Source of the DNA: a bacterium
GTDB taxonomy: Bacteria > Patescibacteriota > Dojkabacteria > SC72
Length of the DNA: 64,000 bases
Assembly: GCA_021107795.1 (NCBI GenBank)
Contig: JAIOSB010000027.1
Coordinates: 290-64,289, forward strand
Direction of reading: 5' to 3'
The notes beneath the pieces are model-generated. The model worked only from the letters and a program-made list of their open reading frames with translations. It made no database searches and had not been told where the DNA came from. This document shows positions 57,831-64,000 of this stretch, piece by piece. Within the stretch, counting starts at the first letter, position 1; each line of letters begins with the position of its first letter. A program made the position numbers and the translations under genes.

Positions 57831-59066
57831 TTAATTTATACCTGGAACTGGAAAGTCCTTTGTAAAATCTTTTACTTCTAATCTAATCTTTTTAATTAAA
57901 TCCTCATCGTGGGAATTTCTCAGTACACTATATATATATTGAGCTATCTTTTCCATATCTAATTCTTTCATTCCTCTGCTTGTAATTGCAGCTGTCCCTA
58001 TTCTCACTCCTGATGGATCCCATGGTTTTCTTAAGTCATTTGGTACTGCGTTTTTGTTTAGAGTAATATTTGCTTTTTCTAGAGTAAGGCTTGCTTCTTC
58101 TCCACTCATATTAACACTTTTGACAGTATCTACAAGCATTAGGTTATTATCAGTACCACCAGATACAATGGAGTAATTTCTTTTAGTTAACTCATCTGCT
58201 AATTTCTTAGCGTTAAGTACTACTTGTTTAGAATATTGTTTGAACTCATCAGTACTAGCCTCTTTGAGTGCGACTGCGATTGCAGCAATGGTATGGTTGT
58301 GTGGACCTCCTTGAGATCCTGGGAAGACAGCTTTGTCTATTACTTCTGCATACGCTTTGTTACACATAATCATGGCTCCTCTAGGACCTCTTAGTGTCTT
58401 GTGAGTAGTAGTAGTGATAATATCTACATATGGTACAGGAGATGGATAGTGTCCAGTTGCTACTAGTCCTGCAACATGTGCAATATCGGAAACGAGAATG
58501 GCATCCACTTCATCAGCTATCCTTCTAAACTCTTTCCAATCCACTACTCTCGAGTATGCAGAAAATCCACTCCATATTAATTTTGGTCTGTAATTGTGAG
58601 CTATCTTTCTTACTTCATCGTAGTCAATATATCCGTTATTATCTACACCGTAATTGACTGAATTAAAATATTTACCTGATACAGAGACTTTAAATCCATG
58701 ACTAAGATGCCCGCCAGCATCAAGTGACATACCCATTGTCCTATCACCTGGTTTAAGAAAGGCTAGGTGTACCGCAAAGTTCGCAGAAGAGCCAGAATAT
58801 GGTTGTACATTTACATGATCGACTTTGAAGAGTTTCTTTGCTCTATCAATTGCCAAGTTTTCTATCTGATCAATGTATACATTCCCTCCGTAATATCTTT
58901 TTGAAAGATATCCTTCCGAATATTTGTTTGTAAGAATTGAGCCCATTGCTTCCAATACAGGACGACTTACATAGTTCTCAGAAGCTATTAGTTCAATACT
59001 TTCTAATTGTCTTTTGCTTTCTTTCTGTATGAGATCATATATCTGGTTATCTGTGTCTTGTAACAT
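57831..59066 (-). CDS. glyA: Serine hydroxymethyltransferase
   Basis: VNVQPYSGSSANFAVH...TTTTHKTLRGPRG (PLP Lys), typical SHMT length. Confidence 0.95.
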   Translation of the reverse strand: MLQDTDNQIYDLIQKESKRQLESIELIASENYVSRPVLEAMGSILTNKYSEGYLSKRYYGGNVYIDQIENLAIDRAKKLFKVDHVNVQPYSGSSANFAVHLAFLKPGDRTMGMSLDAGGHLSHGFKVSVSGKYFNSVNYGVDNNGYIDYDEVRKIAHNYRPKLIWSGFSAYSRVVDWKEFRRIADEVDAILVSDIAHVAGLVATGHYPSPVPYVDIITTTTHKTLRGPRGAMIMCNKAYAEVIDKAVFPGSQGGPHNHTIAAIAVALKEASTDEFKQYSKQVVLNAKKLADELTKRNYSIVSGGTDNNLMLVDTVKSVNMSGEEASLTLEKANITLNKNAVPNDLRKPWDPSGVRIGTAAITSRGMKELDMEKIAQYIYSVLRNSHDEDLIKKIRLEVKDFTKDFPVPGIN

Positions 59067-59913
59067 TCTTCTTGTATGTTTGTACTAAATTAGAAAAGAG
59101 AGAAGCTATGGTCATTGGCCCTACTCCACCTGGTACAGGGGTAATGTATTCACACTTGTCTTTCACATCCTCAAAGTCAACATCTCCAACTAAATTCCCT
59201 TCGTAATCACGGTTTGTACCAATATCTATGATAATTGCACCTTCCTTTACAAATTCAGATGTAATATATTGTGGTTTACCAATGGCGACTGCTAGGATGT
59301 CTGCATTTCTACATATTTCTGTAAGATTCTCTGTCTTAGAATGCGCTATTGTCACCGTAGCATCTCTTTTAACAAACATTGCAGCTAATGGTAATCCTAC
59401 GACATTGCTTCTACCTAAAACCACAACATCTTTTCCGATGATTTCAATATCATATTCACGAAGTAGAGAAATGATACCTGTGGGTGTAGCAGAGCCCATT
59501 CCTGATCTTTCATTCCATACCCAACCAAGAGATGCGTATGTTAAACCGTCTACATCCTTAGATACATTTATACTCTCAAGTATTGATTTCGTATTGAAGG
59601 TTTTATATCCCCTAGGTAGTGGTAGCTGAACCATTATGCCATCTACTAGTGAGTCTTTATTTAGTTTCTCTATCAGTTCTATTATCTCTTTTTCCTCTAC
59701 ACTATGCTCGAACCTATTTACTACTACCTTTATTCCAAGTTCCTTACCCTTCTTTTCTTTCATGCTTACATACTCCTCACTTGCAACATCGTTACCTACA
59801 ATTATGATATCTAATCTAGGTATCCTATTACAGTTGTTAATCAGAGTAGAAACCTCATCCTTTATCCTTCCCGATATCTCTTCTGATGTTTTCTTTCCGT
59901 CTAATATTGTCAT
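59047..59913 (-). CDS. folD: Bifunctional 5,10-methylene-THF dehydrogenase / cyclohydrolase
   Basis: ILDGKKTSEEI...IIIVGNDVASEEYV...VVVLGRSNVVGLPLA...PVPGGVGPMT; overlaps glyA by 20 nt. Confidence 0.9.
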   Translation of the reverse strand: MTILDGKKTSEEISGRIKDEVSTLINNCNRIPRLDIIIVGNDVASEEYVSMKEKKGKELGIKVVVNRFEHSVEEKEIIELIEKLNKDSLVDGIMVQLPLPRGYKTFNTKSILESINVSKDVDGLTYASLGWVWNERSGMGSATPTGIISLLREYDIEIIGKDVVVLGRSNVVGLPLAAMFVKRDATVTIAHSKTENLTEICRNADILAVAIGKPQYITSEFVKEGAIIIDIGTNRDYEGNLVGDVDFEDVKDKCEYITPVPGGVGPMTIASLFSNLVQTYKKNVTRHR

Positions 59914-59991
59914 TTCTTTTACCCTTCTAAAATATTTACTCCTATATTTTACAGGATATTGACTCCCTTTGTTAATCTAGGAGTATCTCTA

Positions 59992-61824
59992 TCACTTTTT
60001 CTTTTTTGTTCTAGTGCCTTTGTAGGTTCTACCTCTCTTCTTAAGAAGCTCTTTCCACGGGCCGGATTCAACCATATGGCCATTCTCGAAGTAGTATACT
60101 CTATCGAATTTCTCTAAATCTTCTGTACTTCTTGTAATGTATATTAGGATTCTCTTTTTCCCAACAAAATCGATTACACCATTAATTATCTTTGACTTTG
60201 ACTTACTATCAATGAATGTAAATGGCTCATCCATGATGAATATCTCTTTATTCCTATACAACATTCTTGCAATCGCTATCCTTTGCCAATATCCAGGAGA
60301 GAGTTCAAGACCCTCTGAGAAATATCTACCTAAAGTTCTTTTATCTTCTATTCCATCTTTTTTCATTAGCTTATCTAGATTTGTAATCTTGAGAACTTTC
60401 TCATAAAGACCCCTGTCTACATTCTTCCTATCAAGTCCAATGGTAATGTTCTTTTCCAAAGAGAAGTTGTAGTTGATGAAGTTTTGGAAGACAACAGAAA
60501 TGTGTTTCTTAAGTTCTCCTCTCTTAAGCTCCCTAATGGAATATCCACTGATGACGTAGTCCCCTATTAAAATCTCGTACATTCCTGTTAGTAATTTAAC
60601 TAGACTACTTTTCCCTGAACTATCTCCACCTAAGAATGCAACTTTCTCTCCGGAGTTAATTTCAAGGTTAATGTTTTCTAAAATCTTTCTTCCTGGTTGA
60701 TCTGGGTATGCGAAGTCTAAATCATCAAATTTAAGGGTAAGTGATTTTTCTGGTAATTTTTCTGTCCCATATTTAATATCTCCAAATCCTTTCCACTGTA
60801 CTAGTTCGAAAAATCTTGATGCGTATGAAAGCCTATCTGAAAGAAGTGCTACCGTGTTGAATATATTGAATGCACTGTTGTATGCAACCGTAGTGTAGTT
60901 GAAGAGTGCTGAGAAAGTACCTATGGTAAGTCTCTTAACCAATGCATATCCTATGACATATATTATATATCCATATTTAAGTACCTGACCAAATACTGAT
61001 GTCGCTATCGTATCAATGTAGAGATGTTTTCTTCTCTCGAAGAGTCCTCTCTGATATTCATTATCTTCATTCCTTAATGTATTCTTGATATGCCTGAATG
61101 TATTATCCACTCTTAATTCACTAAAGAAGGTATTGTCCCTTGCCAATTTTGAAAGGTAGTTCACAATTTTGAGCCTTCCTACTTCTTCTGCGTTGTATGT
61201 TCTAATCTTTTTCCTCTGAATATATCCCATTATTACCTCAGGTAATACAAAGATTCCAAGAAAGAGGATTGAGAATCGCATATCTATGAACATGATGGTA
61301 AGTGCAGTAATCATCCTTATCCCCTGTGATACGATATTCGAGAATGCTTGATATGAGAGAATCATATTTTCAATTGAGTATTCTGGTACATATGCAACAA
61401 GGTCTTGGAATTTTGGATCCATTATATCCTGCAAATTCGATTTGGATATCTTGTTAACCATTTCTAGATTACAGTCAGACCATACTTCGTCATTCATGTT
61501 TGTGTAAAGATTGGCTCTAATCTTGTTCCCAATATTTACCACTATCCAAAGTAGCAGAATCATCATGAGGAAGAAGAAAGCGTCTGTGAGTATGAATTCT
61601 CGTATATCGAACTTCTCCACTCCTACTTCTAGTAGTACCGACATGCTATCCAGAAAGCTACCCATCACCTTAATGTTGTACATTTCAGCAACAGTAATTG
61701 CTAAAAAGAGAATATCTCTTAGTACTACCCAAAGGGTATATCTTCCGTAGAAGAATCTTACTACTTCTTTTAGTGTTTTTAGTTTCTCCTTGATACGCTT
61801 GTTCATGTTAATATACAATATCAT
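59992..61824 (-). CDS. ABC exporter, fused permease + ATP-binding (MsbA/type I exporter-like)
   Basis: Six TM helices, then Walker A GEKVAFLGGDSSGKSS (slightly degenerate), signature LSPGYWQRIAIA, Walker B IFIMDEPFT. The real start is probably the second Met (MNKRIKEK, ~61806). Confidence 0.85.
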   Translation of the reverse strand: MILYINMNKRIKEKLKTLKEVVRFFYGRYTLWVVLRDILFLAITVAEMYNIKVMGSFLDSMSVLLEVGVEKFDIREFILTDAFFFLMMILLLWIVVNIGNKIRANLYTNMNDEVWSDCNLEMVNKISKSNLQDIMDPKFQDLVAYVPEYSIENMILSYQAFSNIVSQGIRMITALTIMFIDMRFSILFLGIFVLPEVIMGYIQRKKIRTYNAEEVGRLKIVNYLSKLARDNTFFSELRVDNTFRHIKNTLRNEDNEYQRGLFERRKHLYIDTIATSVFGQVLKYGYIIYVIGYALVKRLTIGTFSALFNYTTVAYNSAFNIFNTVALLSDRLSYASRFFELVQWKGFGDIKYGTEKLPEKSLTLKFDDLDFAYPDQPGRKILENINLEINSGEKVAFLGGDSSGKSSLVKLLTGMYEILIGDYVISGYSIRELKRGELKKHISVVFQNFINYNFSLEKNITIGLDRKNVDRGLYEKVLKITNLDKLMKKDGIEDKRTLGRYFSEGLELSPGYWQRIAIARMLYRNKEIFIMDEPFTFIDSKSKSKIINGVIDFVGKKRILIYITRSTEDLEKFDRVYYFENGHMVESGPWKELLKKRGRTYKGTRTKKKK

Positions 61825-62302
61825 TTTAATTCATTCTAATCTAGAAGTGAGGGACAATATTTATCTTCAAAACTTGTTGTATGATGTCTGGGATGAGTAT
61901 TTTAGTGATGTACCAAGGAAAAACTTCGTACTTGCTAAATTCGGTAAGTATTCAAAAAGACAGCTTGGGTGTATTAAATATGCAAGGGAGAGAACAAAGG
62001 TGAAGGCTTTGTTAAAGAAGTATGAGGATGATATATTGAGGCAGGATGTGCAAAGTGTTTCCATTGTTGTCCTTACAAGGCATTTTCAGAGTGATTTAGT
62101 TCCAGAATATTTATTAATTTCAACAATTGCTCATGAGTTGTGTCATTACACTCATGGTTTTAATTCACCTCTTAAGAGACTTTACAAATATCCACATCAG
62201 GGAGGTATTGTAAAAAGAGAGATGGTAGAGAGAGGTTTGGGCGGTATTTTAAAGCAAAGTGAGGTGTGGTTGAAGGAGAATTGGGTAGGGATTGTTGCAT
62301 AG
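61790..62302 (+). CDS. SprT-like / HExxH zinc-metallopeptidase-like protein
   Basis: IAHELCHYTHGF (HExxH with downstream His) in a ~170-aa protein. The start is uncertain, because the track ATG would overlap the divergent ABC-exporter 5' end. Confidence 0.4.
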   Translation: MIRLFMLIYNIILIHSNLEVRDNIYLQNLLYDVWDEYFSDVPRKNFVLAKFGKYSKRQLGCIKYARERTKVKALLKKYEDDILRQDVQSVSIVVLTRHFQSDLVPEYLLISTIAHELCHYTHGFNSPLKRLYKYPHQGGIVKREMVERGLGGILKQSEVWLKENWVGIVA

Positions 62303-62376
62303 AGTGATTGTTATTCTATTTTTATGACATCTACATCTATATATCCTTTCGTGAATATTCTTTACAATTCATATAT

Positions 62377-62901
62377 ATGGAATATCATGATATAGGGGAG
62401 AATATACGGAAGTATAGGAAGAGGTTGAAATTAACTCAGGATGAGTTAGCAGATAGGGTGGGTATTACTTGGGAGATGATTTCAAGGTATGAGAGGGGTG
62501 AGAGTTCTCCTATGAATCAGCTTGATAAATTGGCTAAGTCTCTTGGTGTTTCTGCTGGTGATCTTGTGGATAGTGATAGTGTTAATGTTTATCAGATTCC
62601 TTTGTTTACATCAATTCCGAAGGATTTTATTTTTAAGAAAGAGTGTACTTTAACTTACTACAATTGTCCTACATGGGTTACTAAGTTAGATCATGAGAGT
62701 TTTGTAGTTGATATGGGTATTGTAGAGTCTAGTAGTTTGTTGTGTTCTTCAAATGGTTTTTTGTTTGTAAGTCCTAATTGTAAGTTGAGTGTTAATGATA
62801 TTGTTTTAGTAAGTAAAGATAGGAAGTTAAGGATAGAGAGTTATAACAAGAGAGAGAATCATGTTATTGGAAAGGTTGTTATGCAGGAGGTGGGGTATTA
62901 G
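62377..62901 (+). CDS. XRE-family HTH regulator with C-terminal S24 (LexA/CI)-like beta domain
   Basis: The HTH is IRKYRKRLKLTQDELADRVGITWEMISRYERGESSP. The C-terminal ~110 aa beta-rich segment is LexA/CI-like (VLVSKDRKLRI...), but the catalytic Ser/Lys are not clearly identifiable. The track ORF start at 62308 adds an implausible F/Y-rich leader, so Met24 was chosen. Confidence 0.45.
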   Translation: MEYHDIGENIRKYRKRLKLTQDELADRVGITWEMISRYERGESSPMNQLDKLAKSLGVSAGDLVDSDSVNVYQIPLFTSIPKDFIFKKECTLTYYNCPTWVTKLDHESFVVDMGIVESSSLLCSSNGFLFVSPNCKLSVNDIVLVSKDRKLRIESYNKRENHVIGKVVMQEVGY

Positions 62902-62907
62902 GGGTTA

Positions 62908-62944
62908 AGGGGAATTAAAAGGGCAACGTTCCCCTGAGTTTTTA
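62908..62944 (+). terminator. Rho-independent terminator after the XRE/S24 gene (possibly bidirectional)
   Basis: Stem aggggaa / ttcccct (7 bp, loop ttaaaagggcaacg) is followed by gagttttt; an A-run on the other side could serve the convergent cupin gene. Confidence 0.5.
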
Positions 62945-62952
62945 AAAAACAA

Positions 62953-63294
62953 TTATTCCACTAGTTTAAATTGCTTAGGCGACCATTTTGGTGAATTAAC
63001 TAAAACAAGTTTAAGTTGTTTTCCCTCAGACCAATACTTCTCACCTTTTCTAAAATGGTAAAGGTCGCCTTCTTCGATATTGAAATCGCCAAATTCTGAA
63101 TGAATGGCTCCAGAACCACTTAAAACATAATAGATTTCCTCACAGCCTGTATTTGCAACCCTTCCTTTATCTGGGAATCTTCCATCAATATATGCTGTTG
63201 CAAAACTTAGATTTTCACTTTGAGAAGCATACTCCCAAACAGAACACTGTTCGGAATTTGTCTTCTTTTTTGCTTGCGACTTTTTAATTAACAT
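62953..63294 (-). CDS. Cupin-fold small protein
   Basis: GRFPDKGRVANTGCEEIYYVLSGSGAIH...GDLYHF is a cupin_2-like two-motif pattern; 113 aa. Confidence 0.4.
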   Translation of the reverse strand: MLIKKSQAKKKTNSEQCSVWEYASQSENLSFATAYIDGRFPDKGRVANTGCEEIYYVLSGSGAIHSEFGDFNIEEGDLYHFRKGEKYWSEGKQLKLVLVNSPKWSPKQFKLVE

Positions 63295-63354
63295 AATTTA
63301 ACTTGATCTAATCTACTTCAAATTAAGTATCTGTAATATTTATACAAGTTTCGA

Positions 63355-64000
63355 CTACATCATCCCTGGCATACCACTACCCATTCCTGTATTCATAGGC
63401 ATAGCAGGTTCATCTGTCTTTATCTCTGCTACTACAGCCTCTGTGGTTATAAGCATGGTACCAACTGATGCTCCATTTACTAAAGCTAATCTTGTTACTT
63501 TAACAGGGTCTATAATACCTTCCTTAATCATATCTACATATTCCCCTGTCTTAGCATTGTAACCAGTATTCTTCGAACAATTAGATGCAATTACTGCACC
63601 ATCCTGTCCTGCATTATCTGCAATCTGTTTGAGAGGTTCGCTTAGTACTCCCCTTAATATTTCAATACCAAGTTGCTCATCAACATCTTCTAGCTCAATA
63701 TCATCTAATGCACTCTTCACATTATGAAGTGCTAAACCACCACCAGCTACAACACCCTCTTCTATAGCGGCTCTAGTTGCATTGATAGCATCCTCTACTC
63801 TTTGCTTCTTCTCCTTAGCCTCTATCTCAGAAGCTGCACCAACCTTTATTACAGCTACTCCACCTGAAAGCTTAGCAAGTCTTTCCTGCAATTTCTCCTT
63901 GTCGTAATCTGATGTAGACTTTTTAATATGACTCTTAATCTCAGAAACCCTATCCTTCAAATTCTTCCCAATACCACTACCTTCTACAATGATAGTTTCC
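63355..64000 (-). CDS. groL: Chaperonin GroEL, C-terminal ~215 aa (N-terminus beyond window end)
   Basis: Minus-strand translation ...[12 protein letters not shown]...[17 protein letters not shown]... ends in the Gly-Met tail MGSGMPGMM. The ORF remains open to coordinate 64000. Confidence 0.9.
   Translation of the reverse strand, partial: ETIIVEGSGIGKNLKDRVSEIKSHIKKSTSDYDKEKLQERLAKLSGGVAVIKVGAASEIEAKEKKQRVEDAINATRAAIEEGVVAGGGLALHNVKSALDDIELEDVDEQLGIEILRGVLSEPLKQIADNAGQDGAVIASNCSKNTGYNAKTGEYVDMIKEGIIDPVKVTRLALVNGASVGTMLITTEAVVAEIKTDEPAMPMNTGMGSGMPGMM

Noticed and set aside
1-64000. Alternative genetic code (UGA=Gly, as in Gracilibacteria/Absconditabacteria)
   Set aside because: All long conserved genes (fusA, pnp, uvrD, lepA, VirB4) are uninterrupted under the standard code and end at expected positions. 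There is no sign of in-frame TGA read-through.
1-64000. CRISPR array, rRNA or tRNA genes, transposase/integrase
   Set aside because: No ORF-free region exceeds ~300 bp, and no direct-repeat/spacer periodicity was seen. No ORF resembles a transposase, integrase or Cas protein. tRNA cloverleaf signatures (GTTCRA T-loop with matching acceptor stem) could not be found by eye in the intergenic stretches, though this needs tRNAscan-SE/Infernal to be certain.

Overview
This AT-rich window is almost entirely coding and uses the standard genetic code, because long essential genes read through without in-frame TGA interruptions. Most of it is conserved housekeeping genes in Gram-positive-like order. 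These are fusA-tuf (with a phosphoesterase inserted), uvrD/pcrA, rsmE plus a Sun-family methyltransferase, rpsO-pnp, nusA-infB, dnaJ, alaS-ruvX-mltG-LCP-holA, rpsT, lepA-recF, sufS, glyA-folD, an ABC exporter and groEL at the right edge. Two regions are not explained by housekeeping. First, a ~14 kb run of minus-strand genes (8771-22714) encodes only secreted or membrane proteins. It includes an SH3b-like protein, a 969-aa cytoplasmic-domain/2-TM/extracellular M23-peptidase protein, a VirB6/TrbL-like polytopic protein, a Cys-rich secreted protein, Fn3-like (purple-acid-phosphatase-N-like) anchored proteins and a 1112-aa Cys-rich giant. Second, a translationally coupled module (49911-53976) encodes a PrgI/VirB3-like membrane protein fused to a transthyretin-like domain, a 216-aa unknown, and a VirB4/TrbE-type ATPase. 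It is followed by a Lon-like AAA+ protein lacking both the LON N-domain and the protease domain. Together these look like a dispersed, Gram-positive-type T4SS-like envelope apparatus with no relaxase or coupling protein in the window. Other notable items are an RpfB-like (DUF348-G5-Rpf) protein, a sortase with one candidate VPQTG-type substrate, a Zn-ribbon + DUF4145 (HEPN-like) two-gene cassette, a minimal nucleotidyltransferase-like gene, and a SprT-like HExxH protein next to an XRE/S24-like repressor. Several genes are shortened in a reduced-genome style, including a 538-aa IF2 and a 582-aa AlaRS without the C-Ala domain, and NusA carries a K/E-rich tail. Together with the Gram-positive-type cell-wall genes, this suggests (inference only) a Patescibacteria/CPR-like or similarly reduced monoderm bacterium. 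No rRNA, tRNA, CRISPR array, transposase or integrase could be supported from the sequence.
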